DNA of 64,000 nt. Source: Candidatus Termititenax aidoneus (GTDB lineage Bacteria > Margulisbacteria > Termititenacia > Termititenacales > Termititenacaceae). The DNA is taken from assembly GCA_003864455.1 (NCBI GenBank), contig BGZN01000004.1:3125-67124 (forward strand), in the 5' to 3' direction. This document shows positions 26,779-35,697 of this stretch, one piece after another. The first letter of the stretch is position 1. The number at the start of each line of letters is the position of its first letter. The translations under genes were made by a program, and so were the position numbers. The notes under the pieces are model-generated. The model searched no databases and had not been told where the DNA came from. It saw nothing but the letters and a program-made list of their open reading frames with translations.

Positions 26779-27642
26779 TTACGCTTCCTGTTGGACAAAA
26801 TGTTTTAGCACACGCGCCAGATAATCTTTTAATTCCGGCCGCGTCAGCACCGCGTCGAGAAAACCGTGCTCTTCTAAATATTCGGCTCTTTGAAAATCGC
26901 GCGGCAGTTTTTGCCGGATAGTCTGCTCGATCACACGCGGACCGGCAAAACCGATCAGCGCGCCCTTTTCCGCCACCTGTATGTCGCCCAGCATGGCAAA
27001 ACTAGCCGTCGTGCCGCCGGTCGTCGGATCGGTAAGCACTACAATATACGGCAGGCGCGCCGCGTTTAGTTTCGCCACCGCCGCGGCAGTTTTGGCCATT
27101 TGCATCAGCGAAGCCAGTCCCTCCTGCATGCGCGCGCCGCCGGACGCCGTGAAAACAACCAGCGGCAATTTTTTCTCCAGAGCTTTTTCCGTTGCGCGGA
27201 CAAATTTTTCACCCAGCACCGAACCCATGCTGCCGCCCAAAAAGGCAAAATCCATAATTCCCAGAATCAGCGGATATTTATGAATAGCCGCCTCGCCGCA
27301 GACAAAAGGGTCGCGGTGTCCGGTTTTGGCCTGATTTTCCTGCAAACGGGTCTGATAAGTTTTGGTGTCTTCAAAAGCCAAAAAATCCACCGCCGTCAAC
27401 TCCGCGGCAAACTCTTGAAAAGACCCGGCGTCGGCGGTCAGAGCCAGCCTTTCCGCAAAAGTCAGACGGAAATGATAACTGCAGCTCGAGCAAACTTTTT
27501 GATTATCCTCCAGATCTTTTTTGTACAAAATCGTGGCGCAGGACGGACATTTCACCCACAAATCGCCCGGAATATCCAAACGCTCGGAAGTTTTTTCAGA
27601 AACATTTTCCTTTTGCTTGCTAAACCATTCCAAAACTGACAT
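26779..27642 (-). CDS. accD: acetyl-CoA carboxylase carboxyltransferase subunit beta
   Basis: N-terminal zinc ribbon CPSC...CSSC followed by the carboxyltransferase domain; adjacent to accA. Confidence 0.85.
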   Translation of the reverse strand: MSVLEWFSKQKENVSEKTSERLDIPGDLWVKCPSCATILYKKDLEDNQKVCSSCSYHFRLTFAERLALTADAGSFQEFAAELTAVDFLAFEDTKTYQTRLQENQAKTGHRDPFVCGEAAIHKYPLILGIMDFAFLGGSMGSVLGEKFVRATEKALEKKLPLVVFTASGGARMQEGLASLMQMAKTAAAVAKLNAARLPYIVVLTDPTTGGTTASFAMLGDIQVAEKGALIGFAGPRVIEQTIRQKLPRDFQRAEYLEEHGFLDAVLTRPELKDYLARVLKHFVQQEA

Positions 27643-27702
27643 AGGTGTGTTATTATACCGGCCGCGTTAATAAATGACAAGAAAAAGGAGAAATTTGTAA
27701 CC

Positions 27703-27969
27703 ATGGCAAACATCAAGTCCGCGAAAAAAAGGATTAAAATCACGGAACGCAACAATTTAAGAAATAAAGCGGCGCGTTCTGAAGTGAAAACTTTGCGCAA
27801 GCAGACGGAAGACGCTTTGCTCAAAGGCAGCGAGGGCAAGGATACTTTGCTGAAAAAATTTTTGGCGCGCATCGACAGCGCCGCGTCCAAAGGCGTGTTT
27901 CACCGCAACAAAGCCGCGCGGCTGAAAAGCAATATCATTTCTAAAGCACGAAAATCCGCTAAAAAGTAA
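27703..27969 (+). CDS. rpsT: 30S ribosomal protein S20
   Basis: MANIKSAKKRIKITERNNLRN... is a typical S20 sequence. Confidence 0.9.
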   Translation: MANIKSAKKRIKITERNNLRNKAARSEVKTLRKQTEDALLKGSEGKDTLLKKFLARIDSAASKGVFHRNKAARLKSNIISKARKSAKK

Positions 27970-27981
27970 AATTACTCGGAG

Positions 27982-28746
27982 TTATTCCGCATTTGGAGTA
28001 ACGGCTGCCGTTTCCACTGCCGGCGCTGGCGCAATCGGCTTTGGCTCAATCGCGTAAACGACATTTACTCTGGACGTAAAACTCACTTTACCTTCCGGCG
28101 GAGAAAAACTATCCGCGGCGGCTTCTTTCATCACGGCTAAACTGTTTATACCGGCAGCACGGCTGGAATAAGAGCCTGTTTCTTCAATGGAAACCGGCTT
28201 CACTAATTTCACATTGAAACTTCTAGCGATAAATCCGGCCTTAATCTGCGCGTTTTCCATAGCGCGTTTCAAGGCTTCCTGTTTGGCCAGAGCTGGGTCT
28301 TTCAAAGCATAATTAATATTTTCCACGCGGTTCGCACCGCCTTTGATCGCCACATCCACCACTTTGCCCATCTGCTGCACCTGATGCAGCTCAATGCTCA
28401 AGCGAATATGGGCGCGGTATTTGTCGATCTCCGGAGTTTCTTGAACATAGCCGGAACTCTTTTGCTGTTTGTAAACCGGATACAGCGAATATCCGTCGGT
28501 GCGCAACTGTTCCTGCGGCAAATCCAGCGGCTCGAGATTTTTGAGCACGGCGGAGAGAGCTTTGCGCAAAGCGTCCTGCGCTTCCTCGGCGGTCAGGCCG
28601 TCCCTCTGCACGCTGAGATTGACAAGCACGGTGTCCGGCAGAGTTTCGTACACACCCTCGCCGTAAGTCGCGAGAATTTCGCGCTCGGGCGCGTCCGCCG
28701 CCAGCAAAAACGCCGCGGTGAGAAATAAAACTATAAATTTTTTCAT
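27982..28746 (-). CDS. SIMPL-domain (DUF541) periplasmic protein
   Basis: Signal peptide plus the SIMPL/26-kDa periplasmic immunogenic protein pattern. Confidence 0.65.
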   Translation of the reverse strand: MKKFIVLFLTAAFLLAADAPEREILATYGEGVYETLPDTVLVNLSVQRDGLTAEEAQDALRKALSAVLKNLEPLDLPQEQLRTDGYSLYPVYKQQKSSGYVQETPEIDKYRAHIRLSIELHQVQQMGKVVDVAIKGGANRVENINYALKDPALAKQEALKRAMENAQIKAGFIARSFNVKLVKPVSIEETGSYSSRAAGINSLAVMKEAAADSFSPPEGKVSFTSRVNVVYAIEPKPIAPAPAVETAAVTPNAE

Positions 28747-28792
28747 GGCTGCTCCCCTTATCTTTTCATTTGTTATATATTAAAATAATTTT

Positions 28793-29179
28793 ATGGTCAA
28801 TATTCTAATTGTGGACGACGAAGCCAATATTATCACGATGTTTAAATTGACTCTGGAAATGCTGGGGCATACTGTGTACAGCGCCGCGCACGGACGGGAA
28901 GCTCTGGCTGTTTATGAACAAAACGCGGACAAAATTGAGCTTGTAATTTCCGATCTGACTATGCAGCCGGATATGAGCGGCTGGGAACTGTGCGCCGCGC
29001 TAAAAGACCGCGTGCCGGTGGCGTTGACCAGCGGAGAGCTGATCGATGAGAATTTTATGGAAAAAATTTTAGCGGCCGGAGCGGTCGGTTTTTTAAACAA
29101 ACCGGCCGATTATGTGCCGGCGGCGCTGGAGAAAAAACTAGAGGAATTTTTAAAAGCCTCCAGCCGCGGAAAATCCTAA
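28793..29179 (+). CDS. single-domain response regulator (CheY-like receiver)
   Basis: ILIVDDE...D(phospho-acceptor)...the conserved T/S position (S in GELIDE)...K is the receiver-domain pattern. No output domain. Confidence 0.75.
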   Translation: MVNILIVDDEANIITMFKLTLEMLGHTVYSAAHGREALAVYEQNADKIELVISDLTMQPDMSGWELCAALKDRVPVALTSGELIDENFMEKILAAGAVGFLNKPADYVPAALEKKLEEFLKASSRGKS

Positions 29180-30051
29180 TGCGCCTGTCTATAATTATTG
29201 TCAGTTGGAATGTCAAAGATCTGCTGGAGCGGACTATCGCTGCGGTTTTGCAAAATCCGCCCAATTCCGCTTACGAAATAATTGTGGTCGACAACGCCAG
29301 CGGCGACGGCTCGGCGGATTTGGTGGCCGCCAAATTTCCGCAGGTCAAATTGATCCACAGTCCGCAAAATGTCGGTTTTGCCGCCGGCAATAATTTAGGC
29401 TTCCGGCAGGCCTCCGGCGAATACCTGCTCTGCCTCAATCCCGACACGGAAATGCATGCCGGCGCTTTGGATTTTATAATCACCGCTTTGGACCGCGACG
29501 CCAGGCTCGGTGCGCTCGGCGTGAAACTGCTCAACAGCGACGGCACTCTGCAATTATCCTGCAAAAGTTTTCCGGCCGCGGACACCATACTTTACAATGC
29601 TTCCGGCCTCGACGCGCTTTTTCCCAAATCCAAAATTTTCGGCAAATACAATATGAGTTGGTTTAAGCATGACCGGGAAATCGAAGTCGATCAGCCGATG
29701 GGCGCGGTTCTGGCTTTGCGGCGCAGCGCGCTGGATCAGGCCGGCGTTTACGATGAGCGGTATTTCATGTATTTCGACGAAGTAGACCTGTGCTGGCGTC
29801 TCAAGCAGGCCGGCTGGAAAATCAAATTTTTTCCGCAGGTCTGCGTAACGCATCACTGGGCGCAAAGCACGAAACAGGCTTTGTTTAAAATGAACAAACA
29901 ATGGTATATTTCTTTTCAAAAATATTTAGTCAAAAATAAACATTATCCGGCGTGGCTGGCCTGGCTGTTATTGTCCAGCCTGATTTGGCTAAAACCGCTA
30001 ATCCTGATTTTGTTAATTTGGCTAATAATTGTAAATAGGAGCAGATTTTGA
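29179..30051 (+). CDS. family 2 glycosyltransferase
   Basis: LSIIIVSWNVKDLLERTI...VVDNASGDGS...DTE is a GT2 N-terminal Rossmann signature. C-terminal transmembrane segment. Confidence 0.8.
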   Translation: MRLSIIIVSWNVKDLLERTIAAVLQNPPNSAYEIIVVDNASGDGSADLVAAKFPQVKLIHSPQNVGFAAGNNLGFRQASGEYLLCLNPDTEMHAGALDFIITALDRDARLGALGVKLLNSDGTLQLSCKSFPAADTILYNASGLDALFPKSKIFGKYNMSWFKHDREIEVDQPMGAVLALRRSALDQAGVYDERYFMYFDEVDLCWRLKQAGWKIKFFPQVCVTHHWAQSTKQALFKMNKQWYISFQKYLVKNKHYPAWLAWLLLSSLIWLKPLILILLIWLIIVNRSRF

Positions 30052-31241
30052 AACGTAATATTCTAGTCATCAGCAACGGGCGCGGCGAAGACAGCATCGC
30101 TGTTACTTTGCTGGAAAATCTCAAAAAAGTTCTACGCAAAGAAGAGCTGTCCGAAGACGATCTCAATATTATCGCCCTGCCGCTGGTCGGCGAAGGCTTG
30201 CTCTACAAAAACGCCGGCTATTCCACAGCGGCAACTTGGGACGATCTGCCCAGCCACGGTTTTTTTTCTGTCTTTAGTTTTCTGCGCGATCTGCGCCACG
30301 GCTTGCTCGACAATTGGCGCAAGCAGGCTGAAATTATCAGGCGCGAAGCCCAAACCGCCGATTTGATCCTGACTGTCGGCGACATCTGGCCGGTGCTGCT
30401 GGCCTCTCTGTATGGCCGCCGGAAAAAAATCGTACACATGGCCACGGCTGCTTCTATATATATACGCCGTTATTCGCTGCCCGAACTTTGGCTTTTCAAA
30501 AAATATGTAAGCTGCGTGATTTGCCGCGACTTGCCGACCTGCGCGGAGCTGCAAAAATTCAGCGTCAACGCTTTTTACGCCGGCAATCCGATGCTGGACG
30601 ACCCGATCCTGCGCAGCACGAACACCAATCTGGGCTTGGACAAAAAACGCCGGCGGCTTGTTTTGATCCCCAGCAGCCGTGCAGACGCTTACGGCAACAT
30701 TTTACGCATGCTCAATGTAGTCAAACATTTTTCCGTCAAAAACAATTTTCAATTTGTCATTTCGCTGTCGCCCAATCTCAATCTCGACCGCCTGCGCCTG
30801 GCGCTAAACAAAAGCGACTGGAGCTTGTTTGACCTGCGGCACAAAAAAACGCCGATTGTCGCGGAACTGCTCAGCAGAAATTCCGCGCAGGTTTATGTCG
30901 TGCACGGCTATTTCCGCGAATGCCTCAATGAAGCTTCGCTGGTCATCGGCATGACCGGCACCGGCAATGAGCAGATCGCCGGTCTTGGCATACCGCTGGT
31001 CCTGCTCAAAGGCAAAAGCGCGGCGGCTTCGCGCGGACGGCTGAGGCATTACAAAAAACTGCTCGACGGCGCGGTTTTCGCGCCGCGCGGCTCTGACGAA
31101 AGAATCGCCCGGGCGGTAACCGAGTTGCTGGCCAGCAGCAAAAAACTGCAGAGCATGGCCGACGCCGGACGCGCGCGCTTGGGCGCGGCTGGCGGCTCTC
31201 ATTTTATCGCGCGCAAAATCTGGTATTACTTGTATGCCTAG
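30048..31241 (+). CDS. lipid-A-disaccharide synthase-related (LpxB-like) glycosyltransferase, putative
   Basis: The N-terminus ILVISNGRGEDSIA resembles the LxxSNGHGED.IA start of the LpxB-related family. Lies between two GT2 genes. Confidence 0.4.
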   Translation: MKRNILVISNGRGEDSIAVTLLENLKKVLRKEELSEDDLNIIALPLVGEGLLYKNAGYSTAATWDDLPSHGFFSVFSFLRDLRHGLLDNWRKQAEIIRREAQTADLILTVGDIWPVLLASLYGRRKKIVHMATAASIYIRRYSLPELWLFKKYVSCVICRDLPTCAELQKFSVNAFYAGNPMLDDPILRSTNTNLGLDKKRRRLVLIPSSRADAYGNILRMLNVVKHFSVKNNFQFVISLSPNLNLDRLRLALNKSDWSLFDLRHKKTPIVAELLSRNSAQVYVVHGYFRECLNEASLVIGMTGTGNEQIAGLGIPLVLLKGKSAAASRGRLRHYKKLLDGAVFAPRGSDERIARAVTELLASSKKLQSMADAGRARLGAAGGSHFIARKIWYYLYA

Positions 31242-32112
31242 CCCAGCCGCGCCAGATCTGTCGATCATTATTGTTTCTTTCAATAATCGCGAGTATTTGC
31301 GCGGCTGCTTAAATTCTATTTACGAAAATATCGGCAATCGCCTGCGTTACGAAATTTTTGTTGTGGACAATAATTCAATGGATCAGACGCTGCAAATGCT
31401 GCAGGAAAATTATCCGGCCGTGCAAGTTATCGACAACACGGAAAATGCCGGCTTTGCCAGAGCCAACAATCAGGCTCTGCGTCTCGCAACCGGACGCTAT
31501 ATGCTGCTGCTCAATAATGACACTTTTGTTCTGGGGCACTCTTTGGAACAAATGGTTGATTTTATGGACGCGCGCCGCGAGATCGGCGCTCTCGCGCCAA
31601 AATTGCTGGACGGCGATGCTCTGACCGCGCAAAAGCCGGGCAGCGCGCTAGCGCAAAAAGACTGGACTGCCGCAGAACCGCGGCATGTAAAATTCATCAG
31701 CGGCGCGGCCTTTCTCATCCGGAAGGAAACTTATAAAAATGTCGGCGGGCTGGATGAAAATTTCTTTTTTTACAATGAAGACCTGGATTGGTGTCGGCGC
31801 ATTTTGCAAAACGGCTGGCAAATTTATTATTATCCTGAAGCCGCGATTATTCATTACGGCGGCCAAAGCACCGGTTTTATCGGACGGCGGGCTACGGTTG
31901 AAGGTTTGCGCGGCGGCCTCTACTTTGCCTACAAACATTATCGGCCGCTTTTTCCGTTGTACTTTGTCTTGTTGAGCGCCGGACTGCTGGCGCTGATCCT
32001 CGGCAATATTTTAGGCCTGCTTTTCACCAAAACCGCCGCGGAAAAAATCGCCGCTTACGCGCAGGTACTCTGGCTGGCCGCAACCGCGCAATACAAACCA
32101 AAAGTGTTATAA
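31234..32112 (+). CDS. family 2 glycosyltransferase
   Basis: LSIIIVSFNNREYL...VVDNNSMDQT...NNDT plus a C-terminal transmembrane region. Confidence 0.8.
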   Translation: MPSPAAPDLSIIIVSFNNREYLRGCLNSIYENIGNRLRYEIFVVDNNSMDQTLQMLQENYPAVQVIDNTENAGFARANNQALRLATGRYMLLLNNDTFVLGHSLEQMVDFMDARREIGALAPKLLDGDALTAQKPGSALAQKDWTAAEPRHVKFISGAAFLIRKETYKNVGGLDENFFFYNEDLDWCRRILQNGWQIYYYPEAAIIHYGGQSTGFIGRRATVEGLRGGLYFAYKHYRPLFPLYFVLLSAGLLALILGNILGLLFTKTAAEKIAAYAQVLWLAATAQYKPKVL

Positions 32113-32891
32113 TGCGCTCCATGCTTTCTAAAAAAATTTTGGTTTTTTTGCTGCTCTGCGGAATTTTACTGGCCGCACCAATGCGGCACAATGAAAAAAT
32201 CAAAACCGATTATTTGAAATACAAGCAATTAACCACGCAACAACCGAATAACAAAGACTATCTTTTTGAATTTGCCATGATCTTAGCGGCGATGGGACGT
32301 ATCGAACAGGGCGGCGACACGCTGAAAAAAATCAATGAGCTGGACGAAAACTATGCGCGCGCCGCGCTGGGCAAGTTGGAACGCAGCCGCGCCGCCGGCC
32401 AGGACAATTGGTGGCTGCGTTTCAAACTCGGCTTTGTTTATTATTTTCTCTACGAGGAAGATCAGGGACGCATCGATCAGGCCAAACGCCGCATCAAAAA
32501 AAATCAAGACAGTCCCGCCGACCAATCCGGCCAGATCATTGCCCGCGAGCGCGCGCTGATCACGGAACGCCAGCCGCGTGCCAATCGTTACAAAGAAGCG
32601 TCACTGGCCAATTTTTACCTCGTCGCCACTAAGCAGCCGGAGGATTATCTCAACGCCTGGGGTTACGCTTACATGGCCACAGTCAAAGCAATCGAAAAAG
32701 ACTGGCCGGAAGCCAAAAATCTGATCGAAACAGCCGTGTCTATCGAACCTAATGCCTGGGCGATACGCGCCGCCTATATGGAAGCCCTGCGCCAAAACGG
32801 TAATCTCCTCGCGGCAGCCGGCCAATTGACTCAAGCGCTCAAATTAAAAGCTGAACAAGAAAGCTACGAGAAGCAGGCTTTCCATGAATAG
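32112..32891 (+). CDS. secreted TPR-like repeat protein
   Basis: Signal peptide plus helical repeat content. Confidence 0.4.
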   Translation: MRSMLSKKILVFLLLCGILLAAPMRHNEKIKTDYLKYKQLTTQQPNNKDYLFEFAMILAAMGRIEQGGDTLKKINELDENYARAALGKLERSRAAGQDNWWLRFKLGFVYYFLYEEDQGRIDQAKRRIKKNQDSPADQSGQIIARERALITERQPRANRYKEASLANFYLVATKQPEDYLNAWGYAYMATVKAIEKDWPEAKNLIETAVSIEPNAWAIRAAYMEALRQNGNLLAAAGQLTQALKLKAEQESYEKQAFHE

Positions 32892-33927
32892 GCCGGTGCT
32901 CTGGAATAAGATCACGATCAAACGCCGTTTTATTTTATTGCTCTTTATTCTCCTGCTGACCGCCGGCTGGTATTGTCTGAGCAAAATCCAGCCCTGGAAT
33001 ATCATTACTCCTCCTGTGCCGGCGCGCAAAACTCTGCCTGATTATGTTTTCCAGCAGGTCGCGCTGCGTGAAGTTTCCGGCGCCAAAATTTTTTATCAGA
33101 TCTCGGCCAATGCGCTGACGCTGGACAGCGCACAGGGACAGCTCGAACAGGTCACCGGCAGCATTCTGGAAAACAACAACTCCGTGTTTAATTTCACCGC
33201 GCAAAACGGCGTCCTGAACATCGCCAAAAAATTATTCACTTTGCATAATTTCAAAGGCCAGACTAATACCCGTTATTATCAGCCGTGGCACATTGAATCG
33301 CCGCTGGTTTACTGGGACAACGCCTTGCAGAGTTTTACTTTTGACCGCAAACCCAAATTGACCAGCCGCGACATCAGCATTTCCGCCAGCAAAATTGTCT
33401 ATAATTCGGTTTTCAATTTTTTCATTTTCGGCGCTGGCTGTGAAATTCAAAAAGGCGACTATACTGTCAAAAGCGACCGCGCGGTTTTGCGCAACGCTGT
33501 CGATATTCTGACTCTCGAGGACAATGTCTCTCTGCAAAGCAGCGATTTTGCCGGACGCGCCGACGCGCTGGACTGGGATATTCGCCGCGCAGAAATAAAT
33601 CTCAAAAACAATGTCATTTTGCAAACCGCGGACATTATTTTGACCGGCGAGCAGGTTTCGCTGAATACTACGCAGGAAACCGTGCTGCTCAAAAACAATG
33701 TGCGCTTGCAAAACAAAGAAAATAGCGGCATTGACAATATTATCGTCAACAGCGACCGCGCGCTGTGGCTGCGCCAGGAAGGTAAAATTCAGTTTTTTGA
33801 AAACACGCAAGCCTGGAAAAATAATTCGCTGATCCAGAGCAATCAGATCAGCTACGATTTCACGCAAAAAGACATCGTGGCTTCCGGCGGCGGCCGTACC
33901 ACGATCATCACCACCGATGACGAGTAA
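32884..33927 (+). CDS. LptC/LptA (OstA-like) domain protein, putative LPS transport component
   Basis: N-terminal membrane anchor followed by a beta-jellyroll-like repetitive region with SANALTLDSAQ.../GNVxLQ patterns typical of OstA-like domains. Confidence 0.35.
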   Translation: MNRPVLWNKITIKRRFILLLFILLLTAGWYCLSKIQPWNIITPPVPARKTLPDYVFQQVALREVSGAKIFYQISANALTLDSAQGQLEQVTGSILENNNSVFNFTAQNGVLNIAKKLFTLHNFKGQTNTRYYQPWHIESPLVYWDNALQSFTFDRKPKLTSRDISISASKIVYNSVFNFFIFGAGCEIQKGDYTVKSDRAVLRNAVDILTLEDNVSLQSSDFAGRADALDWDIRRAEINLKNNVILQTADIILTGEQVSLNTTQETVLLKNNVRLQNKENSGIDNIIVNSDRALWLRQEGKIQFFENTQAWKNNSLIQSNQISYDFTQKDIVASGGGRTTIITTDDE

Positions 33928-34541
33928 TGCCGGATAAATTTCAATTTTCTTTATTTAGCAAATTTCCGCAGATCGAGCATGGTTTTATCGGCCGCGCTTC
34001 CGGTCTGACCGAATTAGCCAAACACAATTTTGTCATTTCGCAGCAGGTGCACGGCGTGAAAATTTACAACATAGAAAAAACCTTTCTCGGCCGGTTGGAA
34101 ATAGACGGCTATGACGGCCTGGCCACGCGGCAAAAGGAAATCACGCTCGTGCTCAAGACCGCCGACTGCGCGCCTCTTTTATTTTTTGATCCCGTGACCC
34201 AAACCATCGCCGCCGCGCATGCCGGACGCGCCGGCACAGAATTGGGTATCGCCGCCAAAATGGTCGAACATTTGGCCGCAGTTTATTCCGTAAATCCTGC
34301 GGATTTGCTGGTCGGTCTTGGGCCGGCCATTTGCGTGAATTGTTATCAGATCGACCGCGCCAGAGACCTGCATTATGACCTGGCGGCGGAAAATCAAAAG
34401 CAATTAACGGCCGCCGGCGTGCAAAATCTTGAACTGTCCGGTCTGTGCACGGCCTGCAGCGCGCAGGAGCGTTTTTATTCTTACCGCCGCGAAAAAACTG
34501 ACCGGCGCAACTTTGCTTTTATTCGGTTAAAGCAAGTATAA
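33927..34541 (+). CDS. pgeF: peptidoglycan editing factor PgeF / YfiH laccase-domain protein
   Basis: TADCAPLLFFDPV...AAAHAGRAG...CVNCYQ are conserved DUF152/YfiH motifs. Confidence 0.8.
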   Translation: MPDKFQFSLFSKFPQIEHGFIGRASGLTELAKHNFVISQQVHGVKIYNIEKTFLGRLEIDGYDGLATRQKEITLVLKTADCAPLLFFDPVTQTIAAAHAGRAGTELGIAAKMVEHLAAVYSVNPADLLVGLGPAICVNCYQIDRARDLHYDLAAENQKQLTAAGVQNLELSGLCTACSAQERFYSYRREKTDRRNFAFIRLKQV

Positions 34542-34548
34542 TTTCCGC

Positions 34549-35115
34549 GTGAAAAAATTGGCTTTCTTTCTGATCTTGGCGGCGCTGTCTGCGGAAATCT
34601 CGCTGTCCGGCGGCCTGACGCAGGGACGGCAATTGCAGACTATTTCCGGCGCGGAAAATTATCGCGCGGCTGCGGAGTTGACGCTGCGTCCGGCTTATTT
34701 CGCCGAGTTTGACTCGGCAGGCCATTCGTTATTTTTGGCCAACGATCATGTCGCTTACGGCCTGGGCATCTTAACCGAATGCGCGCAGCGAGACGCTTAC
34801 GCGGCTTTCAATCAGCATCTGGCTTTTCCGCTGTACGCGACCTATTATTTAAATTTCGGCGCGCAAGCTGTCGGCTTCGGTCTAAATCTCAACATTTTAC
34901 AGCTGCGCCGCCGCAATTATGCGGTTCTGCAGGGACAGCAGCTCGGCAAACATATTTTCTGGCGCTTAAACGGCGCGGACAATTACTGGGAATTTGGCCT
35001 GATGCAGCTCTGCGCGGAAAGCAATTATCCCGACGACGAAATAAACAGTTTTTACGACACGACAAATTTTGTTTTGCGCTACGGATTTTATCCGGGCGGA
35101 AAAAATTTAATCTAA
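34549..35115 (+). CDS. hypothetical secreted protein
   Basis: 188-aa ORF with an N-terminal signal peptide. Confidence 0.35.
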   Translation: MKKLAFFLILAALSAEISLSGGLTQGRQLQTISGAENYRAAAELTLRPAYFAEFDSAGHSLFLANDHVAYGLGILTECAQRDAYAAFNQHLAFPLYATYYLNFGAQAVGFGLNLNILQLRRRNYAVLQGQQLGKHIFWRLNGADNYWEFGLMQLCAESNYPDDEINSFYDTTNFVLRYGFYPGGKNLI

Positions 35116-35190
35116 AAATTAAAATACAAAATAAAAATAATTTACAGAAAATTTTCAACAAAAAATCCAACGGCAAAATACATTAAGAAA

Positions 35191-35600
35191 TTTCGATGCA
35201 TTTTACAGGTATATTTTATCGATAAGCGGGTAATTACTGTTTTGTCAGTAGATGATTTTTGAGGAAGTAAAAATATTTGTTTATGCTTACGCGCGGCAAA
35301 TATCTTTACTTGCGCTCGGCGGCTGAGTTTCGGACGGTGAGCTTGGGACGGTGAGCTTGTCGAACCGTCGAACCGTCAAAGCCATCGTAAAACGGTCATT
35401 TCGACATCTCGACTTCGCTCGATGACCACAGGCTCAATGACCGAGTAGGTTACGTTCGCTACGGGCAAAGATATTTGCCGCGCTATTTGTGAAAAAACGA
35501 AAAAATGGAGTTTTGTCATGAAAAAGTTTTTAAATTTAAGATCTGTTAATAATTGCCCCCCCCCCATTTTTGGCGTAGGTACGCTGAAAAGCTAAGTTTT
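35191..35600. repeat. copy A of a roughly 430-bp repeated intergenic element (conserved ends, variable inverted-repeat core, poly-C tract)
   Basis: 5' block ttcgatgcattttacaggtatattttatcgataagcgggtaattact and 3' block ggagttttgtcatgaaaaagtttttaaatttaagatctgttaataattgCCCCCCCCCCatttttggcgtaggtacgc are shared with 43425-43870. Inner inverted repeat gcgcggcaaatatctttac / gcaaagatatttgccgcgc. Confidence 0.8.
35539..35575 (+). promoter_or_regulatory. candidate promoter with a C10 homopolymer in the -35/-10 spacer (TTGCCC-17-TAGGTA)
   Basis: ttgccc at 35553-35558 and taggta at 35576-35581 flank a spacer dominated by a C10 run (35556-35565). It is about 120 nt upstream of the 35698 ATG, and a good Shine-Dalgarno aggagg is present. 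Confidence 0.35.
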
Positions 35601-35697
35601 CTCCACTCTCTATTTTCTCCTAATAAACATCGAATGTTAAACGCCGCTGCCGCGGTTGTCTGAGATTTGGTGTTTAAAAAAAATTTAGGAGGAATTT

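Noticed and set aside
29055-29588. Several 60-105-aa ORFs overlapping the response regulator and glycosyltransferase genes
   Set aside because: They overlap well-supported genes in other frames or strands and have biased Arg/Pro-rich composition typical of GC-rich out-of-frame translation.
35523-35680. Roughly 50-aa ORF starting at the conserved atgaaaaagttt inside the repeated element (MKKFLNLRSVNNCPPPHFWRRY...)
   Set aside because: It has no convincing ribosome-binding site, and its sequence after the poly-C tract is not conserved between the two element copies. A frame-shifting leader peptide remains possible, but a promoter-spacer role for the poly-C tract is favoured, so it is not listed as a CDS.
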